From: an uncultured bacterium
Lineage (GTDB): Bacteria; Verrucomicrobiota; Verrucomicrobiia; Limisphaerales; J093
Direction: 5' to 3'
DNA: 64,000 nt
Assembly (NCBI GenBank): GCA_963735925.1
Contig: CAVTMT010000009.1
Span: 100,696 to 164,695, forward strand
In this document: piece by piece, positions 10,001 through 18,120 of the stretch
Position numbering within the stretch: the first letter of the stretch is position 1
Layout of the letters: each line of letters begins with the position of its first letter
Program-made: the position numbers and the translations under genes
Notes under the pieces: generated by a model
Told to the model about the DNA's origin: nothing
Seen by the model: the letters and a program-made list of their open reading frames with translations, nothing else
The model's database searches: none

Positions 10001-11284
10001 ATGAGCGAGCTTCTGTCAGGCGGCGGTCAGACGATGGCCGGGGGATCCCCCCCAGAAACCCGGATGGTCGTCTTCGCCCATGTGCCGCCGCCGCATCACG
10101 GGCAGAGCGCCATGGTGAAGTTGATGCTGGACCTGCTCCAGTGCGCGCCGGGCAACGGTACCGCCACTTCTCCGGCCAACCCGCTGCGGCTTTTCCACGT
10201 CAACGCGCGGCTTTCGCGCGAGATGGACGATGTGGGCAGCTTTCAATTGCGCAAGATTCCCTCGCTCCTGGGGTATTGCGCGCAGGCGATCTGGCTGCGC
10301 CGGCGGCACGCGGCCCCGGTCCTGTACTACGTCCCGGCGCCGCCGGCGCGCGTTCCGCTCCGGCGCGATCTGCTGGCCCTCGCGATCTGCCGGCCCTTCT
10401 TCCCGAAGCTCGTTCTGCATTGGCATGCCGGCGGCCTGGCCGAGTGGCTCGAGACCCAAGCCCACCCCTGGGAAAAGCGTTGGTGCCGGCGACTCCTCGC
10501 CCAACCGGATTTGAGCGTGGTCTTGCGGCCGTTCAACCGCCGCGATGGCGAGTACTTCCATTCCCGCCGCATCGAGGTGATCCCCAACGGCATTCCGGAC
10601 CCGTGTCCGGACTACGTGGGGTCGCTCGAACCCCACCGGATCCACGCCCCGGCATTGCGCCGCCGGACGCTCGCGGCTTGCGGCCAAGGAAGCAGACCGG
10701 GACCGCCCGACTCCGGCCCGGTGGTTTACCGCGCCCTGTTCCTGAGTTTTTGCCGACGGGAAAAAGGGCTCTTCGACGCGCTGGACGCCGTGGCGCTGGC
10801 CAATGCCGAATTGCGCGGCACGCCGCTGCGGGTGGAATTGACGGTCGCCGGCGAGTTCTGGTCGCCGCTCGAGCGCGAGGAATTCGATCGCCGGCTGCAG
10901 GCGCCCGACCTGCAACGCGGCACGCCGTTGGTGCGCTACGTGGGTTTTGCCTCCGGGGCGGTCAAGGAGCGGCTCCTGCGCGAAAGCGACTGCCTGTGTT
11001 TTCCCACCTACCTGCCGGAAGGCTTTCCCGTGGTGCTCGCGGAGGCGATGGCGTACGGCCTCCCGCCGATCATCAGCAACTGGCGGCAACTGCCGGAAAT
11101 CCTGCCCGCCGGCTATCGGGGCGTGATCGAGCCGCGCTCGCCCGCCAGCCTCGCCGCGAAACTGATCGAGTTCGCCCGGCAGGATTACGATCCGGGCCTG
11201 CGCGAGCATTTCCTGGCGAACTACACCGGCGAGCGTTTTGCCGAGCGGTTGCGGGCGGCCTTTCTGAGCGTCAACCGCGCGTGA
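10001..11284 (+). CDS. Glycosyltransferase family 4 (GT-B fold)
   Basis: It has a C-terminal GT4 motif region (CLCFPTYLPEGFPVVLAEAMAYGLPPIISN). The ATG at 10001 is preceded by GAGGG; the ORF could start as early as 9947. Confidence 0.75.
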   Translation: MSELLSGGGQTMAGGSPPETRMVVFAHVPPPHHGQSAMVKLMLDLLQCAPGNGTATSPANPLRLFHVNARLSREMDDVGSFQLRKIPSLLGYCAQAIWLRRRHAAPVLYYVPAPPARVPLRRDLLALAICRPFFPKLVLHWHAGGLAEWLETQAHPWEKRWCRRLLAQPDLSVVLRPFNRRDGEYFHSRRIEVIPNGIPDPCPDYVGSLEPHRIHAPALRRRTLAACGQGSRPGPPDSGPVVYRALFLSFCRREKGLFDALDAVALANAELRGTPLRVELTVAGEFWSPLEREEFDRRLQAPDLQRGTPLVRYVGFASGAVKERLLRESDCLCFPTYLPEGFPVVLAEAMAYGLPPIISNWRQLPEILPAGYRGVIEPRSPASLAAKLIEFARQDYDPGLREHFLANYTGERFAERLRAAFLSVNRA

Positions 11285-12380
11285 TCTGCCGGTAAAGCTG
11301 GAGGTACTCCGCGGCCACCGCCGTGGCGCTCCGCGGACGGACACTCTCGCGCACAACCGCCGGACTCGCCACGGACACCTCGCCGCGGGCGATCCGTCCC
11401 AGGCACCCGGCCAGGCTGGACACGTTGTCCGGCTCGAAATACAGCCCCGTCTGGCCGTCCCGGACGATGTCGATGTTCCCGCCGCTGGCCGAGACCAGCG
11501 CGGGCAGGCCCAGCGCCAGGGCCTCGATCAAGGCCACCGAGCACGGTTCGTTCGTCGAGGGCAACACGAACCAGTCCGCGGCGCGTAACTCGTCCTCCAC
11601 CTTCAGCGACAGCCCGTGAAAGTACCCGTACCGGGTCAGGTCGCGGCTGGCGAGCAACCGGTCGATCTTCCCCGCATAAGCGACGCTGGCTTCGTCCTGC
11701 GGCACCGTTCCCCAGTGATGGAACTCCAGCCGACGCCGCTCCGGCTCCGGGAGGCGGGCCAGCGCTTCGAGGATGAGGTGCCAGTTCTTCCAGCCCACCA
11801 CGTTTCCCAAACCAATCAAGCGGAGCGGACGGCCCGGCTCGACAGGCTGGCTCCGCGCCAGCGGCCGCTCGAAGAAGGCGTCGGCACAGCAGGCCGAGAT
11901 GACGCGGACGTTGGGGGGCCTGGGGTCCAGACCGTAATGCCGGGCCATGTTGGGCGTGAGGACGCACATGTGCAGGCGACGCCGACCGGCCGCCCAGCGA
12001 TACATGCCCCGTCGCCGGGCGTAACCGTGATTCGTAAACACAATCGTCCGGCGACCGATCGTGGCCAGCGCCACGGCGATCGGGAGGGCGCCCCGGGTGT
12101 GGGCGTGGAGGACGTCGAAGGTTTCCTGGCGCAGCAGGGCGCGCAGTTCGGGCAGGGCCCGCCACGCGCGCAGACCCAGTTCCAGGTGGCTGGGCAAATC
12201 CTGGAGCAAATACCGGCTGAAGCGATACTGCATGGCCGGCTGGCGAACCTCGCGGTACGCGGCGTTGACCCACAGCACGTGTTCGCAGCCCGCGCCGGCG
12301 GTCGCCGTCTGGAGGTTGCGCAGGACCGTGAAGATGCCGCCGATGTCCTCGTTGGACCCCAGCAGGTGCAGGATTCTCAT
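11271..12380 (-). CDS. Glycosyltransferase family 4
   Basis: It has the N-terminus MRILHLLGSNEDIGGI and the GT4 motif FVLPSTNEPCSVALIEALALGLPALVSASGGNIDIV. The longer track ORF (to 12998) only adds translation of the tandem repeat array, so codon 207 (ATG at 12380) is preferred. Confidence 0.75.
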   Translation of the reverse strand: MRILHLLGSNEDIGGIFTVLRNLQTATAGAGCEHVLWVNAAYREVRQPAMQYRFSRYLLQDLPSHLELGLRAWRALPELRALLRQETFDVLHAHTRGALPIAVALATIGRRTIVFTNHGYARRRGMYRWAAGRRRLHMCVLTPNMARHYGLDPRPPNVRVISACCADAFFERPLARSQPVEPGRPLRLIGLGNVVGWKNWHLILEALARLPEPERRRLEFHHWGTVPQDEASVAYAGKIDRLLASRDLTRYGYFHGLSLKVEDELRAADWFVLPSTNEPCSVALIEALALGLPALVSASGGNIDIVRDGQTGLYFEPDNVSSLAGCLGRIARGEVSVASPAVVRESVRPRSATAVAAEYLQLYRQITRG

Positions 12381-12483
12381 GATGGCTATCCGCCGCGCTC
12401 TAGTTGATGGTCGCCCCCCACGGGTTTGCGACCAACCTGTGCCCGGCATCGTGCCGGGAATGCGCCCGCCGGGCAAGCGGGGC

Positions 12484-12890
12484 CGAACTCCAGGTGTCCC
12501 GATTCGGTGGAGGCGGTGCCGCCGCACTGCCTTGCGCCGCCGCAGCGGCGCAGCTACCAACCAGAAACCAGGGCACGATCCGGACTCCGGTACCGTCCGT
12601 ACTTGGGTGGAGGCGGTGCTGCCGCACCGCCCTGCGTCGCCGCAGCGGCGCAGCCACCAACCAGAAATCAGGGCACGATCCGGACTTCGGTACCGTCCGT
12701 ACTTGGGTGGAGGCGGTGCCGCCGCACCGCCCTGCGCCGCCGCAGCGGCGCAGCCACCAACCAGAAACCAGGGCACGATCCGAACACCGGTACTGTTCCG
12801 GACTTGGGTGGAGGCGGTGCTGCTGCACCGCCCTGCGTCGCCGCAGCGGCGCAGCCACCAACCAGAAATCAGGACCCGATCCGGACTCTG
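12484..12890. repeat. Tandem array, about 4.2 copies of a ~100-bp GC-rich double-hairpin unit (REP/BIME-like)
   Basis: The unit core 'ggtggaggcggtgc' starts at 12506, 12606, 12706 and 12807 (period 100-101). A partial unit lies upstream of 12506. Each unit contains GGCGGTGC-nnnn-GCACCGCC plus a CTGCG...CGCAG stem. Confidence 0.85.
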
Positions 12891-12936
12891 GCCGCGGAAT
12901 GCCGAGGCTTCACCCGGGCCGGACGCACGGCTCCGC

Positions 12937-14331
12937 TCAGACAGCGCCTTCCAAGTCGGGCGAGCCGGTCGTTGGCATGGCCGGCCCCGGGGCGGCAACC
13001 TCGCTCAACACATAGCGGAGTTTGCCGCCGCGCGGCGGGATTTCCGGCACGGACATGACGGTGACCGGAACTTCCTGTCCGCCCTTGTCGGCCAGATTGG
13101 ACCGAACCCGGGCCAGCGTCTCCTCGAGTCGGGGCCAGGCGGGGTTCGGGACGACGCGAATTTCGATGGAATGGTCCTTCCGCTGGTACACCTGGAATTG
13201 CCGCACCGCGTCCGGGCAATCGTCGAACAGGGTGGTCAGGTAGTCGCCGGCGATGCACCGACCGCTCGGCAGCCGCAAAAGGTCGGAAACGCGCCCGCGG
13301 ATTTTGTCCATCAGCGGCAGCGTACGTCCGCACGGACACTGACCAGGCCGGGCGCGCCCCTGGTCGCCGTTCAAATAGCGAATGATGGGAAACAGCCGGT
13401 TGTGCAGGTCCGTCAGCGCGATGTCGCCATAGGCTCCGTCGGGCACCGGCCGGTGATCCGGGCCAAGAAACTCGATCCGCCGGCTGTCATGAAACCGGTG
13501 CAGGCCCTCGCGGGCCGGGCATTGCGCGGCCAGGTAATAGACTTCGCAGCAGCCGTACTGGTCGAAGACCGGCGCGCCAAAGGCGCGTTGAATGCGCCGC
13601 TCCTGCACGGCCGTGGTCGGCGAGGACGTCAGCCAGATGGCCTGCGGCGCGTGGACCGTGAGCCGACCTTCCAGGACGTACGCTGCCAGGTGATCCACCG
13701 CGCCGACATAACCGTGCAGGAGCGGCGGCCGGACGCGGTTGAAGCGCGCCAGGAATCGATCCATCGCGCCAGCATCCAGGTGGGTGGCGTCCATAAACAC
13801 GCGCCGGACCGGCCAGTCAATGGCGCGGGAAACCAGCCGGTGTTTCCAGTTGTCCGGCTCACGGTACACGGTGGCGTAATCGGTTCCCGGCGGGAGGTTC
13901 CACCAGCTCTCCATCTGCCAGAGCATGGCGGCGCGCGGCACGTTGCGCTGATGGTACACCTTGGCCGGTCGCCCCGTGCTGCCGCCCGTCGTGACGAGAT
14001 TCAGGTCCCGCGGACGCGCCTCGACGGAGACGAGGTCCTGGAAATGGTCGTGCAGGTCCTGTCGGGTCAGCACCGGCACGGCGGCGAAGTCGCCCGGCAG
14101 GCGGAGGTCGTCGGGGCGCAGACCGGCTTCGTCGAAGCGACGGCGATAATACCGCGTTTTCCGATAGGCGTAATCGAGCAACCCTCGCAGGCGACTCCAA
14201 TGCAGCGCCTCGAGCTCGTCCGCGGAAAGCCGTTCGTTCCGCAACGCGAGGCGAAACGCCGCCGCCGCACCCGGCTTCAGGAGCGAGTACTTGGCGAGAT
14301 AGAGGTTCGATTTGAGTCCGGCGAGGCCCAT
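12937..14331 (-). CDS. Adenylate-forming enzyme, phenylacetate-CoA ligase/CapK/F390-synthetase-like
   Basis: A 464-aa ORF. 'VTTGGSTGRPAKVY' matches the AMP-binding P-loop-like motif of PaaK/CapK-type ligases. Confidence 0.7.
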   Translation of the reverse strand: MGLAGLKSNLYLAKYSLLKPGAAAAFRLALRNERLSADELEALHWSRLRGLLDYAYRKTRYYRRRFDEAGLRPDDLRLPGDFAAVPVLTRQDLHDHFQDLVSVEARPRDLNLVTTGGSTGRPAKVYHQRNVPRAAMLWQMESWWNLPPGTDYATVYREPDNWKHRLVSRAIDWPVRRVFMDATHLDAGAMDRFLARFNRVRPPLLHGYVGAVDHLAAYVLEGRLTVHAPQAIWLTSSPTTAVQERRIQRAFGAPVFDQYGCCEVYYLAAQCPAREGLHRFHDSRRIEFLGPDHRPVPDGAYGDIALTDLHNRLFPIIRYLNGDQGRARPGQCPCGRTLPLMDKIRGRVSDLLRLPSGRCIAGDYLTTLFDDCPDAVRQFQVYQRKDHSIEIRVVPNPAWPRLEETLARVRSNLADKGGQEVPVTVMSVPEIPPRGGKLRYVLSEVAAPGPAMPTTGSPDLEGAV

Positions 14332-14467
14332 GCCGCGAGGAGGCTAAGGCGGGAGCCGGACTGAGGCAATCGACCGTTTGCGTGCGCGTTTGCGTGCCGA
14401 TCTCGCGCGAGCGGGTTCGCTGCGCGGCGGCATTCGATGACGACCCGGAGCGTCGGCAGCCGCCGGC

Positions 14468-15046
14468 TCAATCGTGTCCGCAACCACAGGCCACCCTCAC
14501 CGGCGAGGCGGAGTCCAGTCCGCGCACGAACTCGAGCCGCCAGGTGCCGTCGTCGAGCTGCTGCGTCTGGCTCGTGAAACCCTGGGCGCGCAGCTTGGCG
14601 TAGAGCGGGACCGGCTCGAAGGGCACGAGCAGCACGAGGGATTGGCCGGGGGCGACGCTCGCGACGGCGGCATCGATGGCTTCGCAAGGCGTCTCCCCGC
14701 GCGCGAAAATGGGGCGCACATCCAGCACGACGGGCGCGGCGGCGCGCGCCGGGAGCGGTTCCGGCTTCGCCATTTTGGCCGCGGGCACGTAACCGGGGTC
14801 GGCGAACCGGCCCTTGGTGATCCGCACCCGCCACGTTTCGGGGCCTTGTTCGAGGTATTCCCACCGAAACGTCCCGCCGTGCTCGCACGCGAATTGGTAG
14901 TACAGCGGCACGGGATCGTGGTCGTTGACCAACACCAGGGCTTCGCCCGCGGCGAGAGAGTTCCAGGTCGCGAAGATCGCCGCGTGCCGGTTTCGGGCCG
15001 GCAGGGCGCGGACATCGATCTCGCATTCGTTTGCGATTCCGTTCAT
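14468..15046 (-). CDS. DUF2249 domain protein (two tandem DUF2249-like halves)
   Basis: The two halves are IDVRALPARNRHAAIFATWNSLAAGEALVLVNDHDPVPLYYQ and LDVRPIFARGETPCEAIDAAVASVAPGQSLVLLVPFEPVPLY. Confidence 0.6.
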   Translation of the reverse strand: MNGIANECEIDVRALPARNRHAAIFATWNSLAAGEALVLVNDHDPVPLYYQFACEHGGTFRWEYLEQGPETWRVRITKGRFADPGYVPAAKMAKPEPLPARAAAPVVLDVRPIFARGETPCEAIDAAVASVAPGQSLVLLVPFEPVPLYAKLRAQGFTSQTQQLDDGTWRLEFVRGLDSASPVRVACGCGHD

Positions 15047-15071
15047 GGAATGAGGTTAGGGCGCTCCGCCG

Positions 15072-15107
15072 GGCCGCGCATTGATGTGCGTCAACCAATG
15101 CGCGGCC
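15072..15107. promoter_or_regulatory. Perfect 12-bp inverted repeat with 12-nt spacer between ilvB stop and DUF2249 start
   Basis: The sequence is ggccgcgcattg-atgtgcgtcaac-caatgcgcggcc, flanked by direct copies of gcgctccgccgg. No U-tract follows on either strand. Confidence 0.4.
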
Positions 15108-15148
15108 GCGAGGCGAGCTGCGCTCCGCCGGTCGGCCGGGCCGGTTCG

Positions 15149-16972
15149 TTACTGCCAGATCATCTCGTTGACCGTCTTCCCGGCGGGGATGAAGGGCAGC
15201 ACGTGCTCGGTGTAGGGCGTGATCACGTCCAGGACGTACGGCTGATCGGAATCCAGCATCCGCTGGATGGCGGCGCGCAGGTCGCGGCGGTACATCACCC
15301 GCTCGCACGGGACGTTGAACGCCTTGGCGATCGCCACGAAGTCCGGATAGACCTGCTGACGCAGGTTGGGATCGCCCAGGTAGGTGTGGCCACGGTTGCC
15401 CTGGTAGAAGCGGTCCTCCCATTGCATCACCATGCCGAGGTGCTGGTTGTTCAGGATCATCGCCTTGGCGGCGATACCATCGATGTGCGCCATCGCCAGT
15501 TCCTGCACGTTCATCAGGAACGACCCGTCACCGTCGATGTCGATGACCTGCCGGTCCGGTCGGGCCACCTTGGCGCCCAACGCGGCCGGGTAGCCGAAAC
15601 CCATCGAGCCCAGCCCGGCACTGGTCACGAACTGGCGCGGCTCGTCGAACTGGTAGAACTGCCCCGCCCACATCTGGTGCTGACCCACGCCGGTGGTGAT
15701 GATGGCCTCGCCTTTCGTCAACTCGTACAGCGTGGCGATGGCCTCCTGCGGGAGCACCACCTGGCTGGCGTCGCCGCCCATGTGATCGCGCACGTGCTGG
15801 GACTTGAGCACTTCCTCGGTCAGGCGCCAGTTGAGCGGTGCCTTGGCCTTCAGTTCGGCGACGCGCTGTTGCCAGGCGGTGAATCGCTTCGCGACGGGCC
15901 GGTCGGCCAGGATGGCGTTCAGGCGGCCGAGCGCGTAGCGAATGTCGCTCACGATGGGCAGGTGGACGGACCGGTTCTTGTTGAGCTCCGAAGGGTCGAT
16001 GTCCACGTGCACGATGGTTCCGTGCTCGCAGAACTTGTCCACCTTGCCGGTGACGCGGTCGTCGAAGCGCACCCCGAAGGCCAGCAACAAATCGGCTTCC
16101 GCCACCGCCCAGTTCGCGTAGGCACTGCCGTGCATGCCCAGCCACTTGAGCGACAGCGGGTGCGTTTCCGGGAACGCGCCGCAGCCCATGATGGTGGTGG
16201 TCACCGGAATGCCGGTCGCATCCGCGAACTTCCGCAATTCCGCCGCGGACCCGCTGCTGAGGATGCCTCCGCCGCAGTACAGCACCGGACGCTCCGCGCG
16301 GTCGATCAAGGCGAGGATCTCGCCCAAGGCCGCGTCGTCCGCGCGCCGGTCCGGTTGGTAACCGCGCAGCGTGACTTCGGTCGGAAACACCGGTTGCGCG
16401 CGCTGCTGCTGCACGTTCTTGGGCACGTCGATCAACACCGGACCGGGCCGCCCCGATTGGGCGATGTGGAAGGCTTCCTTGACCACGCGCGGGATCGTGT
16501 GGATGTCCGTGATCAGATAACTGTGTTTCACGACCGGCAGGGTCATCCCGAAGATGTCCGTTTCCTGAAAGGCCCCTTTGCCGATCATGGCCTGCGGCAC
16601 CTGGCCCGTGATGGCGACCAGCGGGACTGAATCCATAAAGGCGTCGGCGATGCCGGTCACCAGGTTCGTGGCGCCGGGCCCGCTGGTGGCCATACAGACA
16701 CCGGCCTTGCCCGAGACGCGGGCGTAGCCTTCGGCGGCAAACACGCCGCCCTGCTCGTGGCGGGGCAGGTAGGTGCGGATCTGGCGCGAGCGGGTCAGGG
16801 CCTGGTGGATTTCCATGCTGGCGCCGCCGGGGTAGGCGAAAATGGCTTCGACGCCTTCGCGTTCGAGGCATTTCACCAGGATCTCGCTGCCCATCGGGGC
16901 GGCGCCGGCTTCGCCCACGGCGGCGGTCGCCGGCGGCGTGGTCTGGGGGTTCGCTTTCGTCGTTTTGCTCAT
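15149..16972 (-). CDS. ilvB: Acetolactate synthase (acetohydroxyacid synthase) large subunit
   Basis: It carries [47 protein letters not shown] and the ThDP motif [18 protein letters not shown]...[15 protein letters not shown]. The ATG at 16972 (MSKTTK) is preferred over the track start at 17020. Confidence 0.9.
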   Translation of the reverse strand: MSKTTKANPQTTPPATAAVGEAGAAPMGSEILVKCLEREGVEAIFAYPGGASMEIHQALTRSRQIRTYLPRHEQGGVFAAEGYARVSGKAGVCMATSGPGATNLVTGIADAFMDSVPLVAITGQVPQAMIGKGAFQETDIFGMTLPVVKHSYLITDIHTIPRVVKEAFHIAQSGRPGPVLIDVPKNVQQQRAQPVFPTEVTLRGYQPDRRADDAALGEILALIDRAERPVLYCGGGILSSGSAAELRKFADATGIPVTTTIMGCGAFPETHPLSLKWLGMHGSAYANWAVAEADLLLAFGVRFDDRVTGKVDKFCEHGTIVHVDIDPSELNKNRSVHLPIVSDIRYALGRLNAILADRPVAKRFTAWQQRVAELKAKAPLNWRLTEEVLKSQHVRDHMGGDASQVVLPQEAIATLYELTKGEAIITTGVGQHQMWAGQFYQFDEPRQFVTSAGLGSMGFGYPAALGAKVARPDRQVIDIDGDGSFLMNVQELAMAHIDGIAAKAMILNNQHLGMVMQWEDRFYQGNRGHTYLGDPNLRQQVYPDFVAIAKAFNVPCERVMYRRDLRAAIQRMLDSDQPYVLDVITPYTEHVLPFIPAGKTVNEMIWQ

Positions 16973-17004
16973 GGGTGCTTTTGCGGTTCGGGCCGGCCGC
17001 CGGG

Positions 17005-17042
17005 GTAACAAAAAACCCACGACTGGCGACCAGCCGTGGGTT
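17005..17042 (-). terminator. Intrinsic terminator/attenuator hairpin immediately upstream of ilvB
   Basis: The minus-strand RNA is AACCCACGGCUGG-UCG-CCAGUCGUGGGUU (13-bp stem with one G.U) followed by UUUUGUU. It lies 41 nt before the ilvB ATG. Confidence 0.6.
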
Positions 17043-17060
17043 CTTTGTTGAAATCTTGAG

Positions 17061-17141
17061 TCACGCCCAACAAAGCCCAGCGGCGACGCCGTGGCCTACG
17101 ACGACTACCAGCAGCAGGGCTTGTCGGACATTCACCGTCAT
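17061..17141 (-). CDS. Candidate ilvB leader peptide (26 aa, Leu/Val-rich)
   Basis: An ATG..TGA ORF encodes [26 protein letters not shown], with LLL followed by VVVV. It ends 18 nt before the terminator hairpin. Confidence 0.5.
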   Translation of the reverse strand: MTVNVRQALLLVVVVGHGVAAGLCWA

Positions 17142-17674
17142 TTTGCGGAGCACAGCGTTAGCGGGTCCGGCACGGAGGTCAAGCCCACAATTGCGCCGGC
17201 TTCCGATCGCGTCACGATGGGCCAGGATGAAAGCCGAGGACGGCTGGACGACGGTGGTGCCTCCAATGGCATCGCATTGCCCAGACCTGCGCCTCGACGT
17301 CCAAACCCGACGCAATGAAAACCGATGCCCTGAGGGAATTGACGATGAGTACACCCGTATTCAGGAACCTCGCGAATTCGTGGGTTGCGGCTGAATAGGG
17401 GTCAGTTCTTGATATTGGTAATTGAGACTGAATGGGGGCACCCGCAATGGTCGGCAGGTTGAGGGTTGAACCTGTCGGCGAAGCGCCACGCTGCGCACCG
17501 CGTACATCGCGATAGCAAGTCATGTCAAGAGTATCCATTATCAAGAACCGACCCCTTTTCGGCGGCCATTCGGCGGCCAACAGGGCATCCCGACTTGGGC
17601 CGCGCTCCAAGGGTTTCTGCGCCAGCAATCGCGCTGAGCTGCTTCACCCAGGGAATTGGCGACGTGGAGGCAGG

Positions 17675-17905
17675 TCACAAGGTGTCGGCACTTTCGGAAT
17701 CAACGGGAACGAAATAGGTTTTCTCCGGGCAGGCGAGCAACCAGTCCACCAATCCTTCGTTGGCCGGCGGCGTGCGGCGCACCAGCCGGTACTCGCCCCG
17801 GTCCAGCCGCTCGATCTCGAATTCCTGGCCTGCCTCGAAGGCGTCCTGCAGATGGATTTCCACCGGCAGCACGATACGACCCTCCCTAGCAACGCTCGTT
17901 TTCAT
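17675..17905 (-). CDS. AbrB/MazE/SpoVT-family antitoxin (VapB-like)
   Basis: It has the SpoVT-AbrB N-terminus MKTSVAREGRIVLPVEIHLQDAFEAGQEFEIERLDRGEYRLVR and a tail NEGLVDWLLACPEK typical of this antitoxin family. The track start at 17914 is a TTG. Confidence 0.75.
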   Translation of the reverse strand: MKTSVAREGRIVLPVEIHLQDAFEAGQEFEIERLDRGEYRLVRRTPPANEGLVDWLLACPEKTYFVPVDSESADTL

Positions 17906-17944
17906 GATTGGCAAGTCACCCGCCTTGACGTAGTTCCTCGGTGG

Positions 17945-18109
17945 TCACTGTCGGTCGAATCCCTCCCGACCTTCGTCCAGAAGTCGCTCTAGTTCCTGCG
18001 TTGCGACGACTTCATTGAAAGCGTGTCCGGCCATGTTATTGAGAACTCGCTCCGCCAGTCGTACGCGTTGGGTCGAGGACACGCACGGTCCCGCGGGCAC
18101 ATCTTTCAT
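17945..18109 (-). CDS. Small ORF (54 aa), unknown function, possibly a DNA-binding ribbon-helix-helix-like protein
   Basis: It falls below the track cutoff and I found it by hand translation: MKDVPAGPCVSSTQRVRLAERVLNNMAGHAFNEVVATQELERLLDEGREGFDRQ. AGGA lies 6 nt upstream of the ATG, and the ORF starts 12 nt after the stop of the 301-aa gene. Confidence 0.3.
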   Translation of the reverse strand: MKDVPAGPCVSSTQRVRLAERVLNNMAGHAFNEVVATQELERLLDEGREGFDRQ

Positions 18110-18120
18110 CCTGTCTTCAT

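Noticed and set aside
12484-12890. The tandem array as a CRISPR locus
   Set aside because: The whole ~100-bp period is conserved from unit to unit, so there are no unique spacers. The unit length is far from the 25-40 bp repeat plus spacer geometry, and there are no cas genes in the window.
12381-12998. N-terminal 206-codon extension of the GT4 gene (track ORF 11271..12998), and the + strand ORFs 12061..14364, 12404..13015 and 12426..13058
   Set aside because: Their sequences are periodic translations of the ~100-bp tandem repeat (for example, recurring ISGWWLRRCGDAGRC). A canonical GT4 N-terminus (MRILHLLG) starts at 12380.
17212-17628. 138-aa minus-strand ORF between the antitoxin and the ilvB leader, considered as a real gene
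   Set aside because: It has no start context and runs into the ilvB leader/promoter region. Its composition is irregular, and at best a short stretch resembles a PIN C-terminus (reported separately as a weak remnant).
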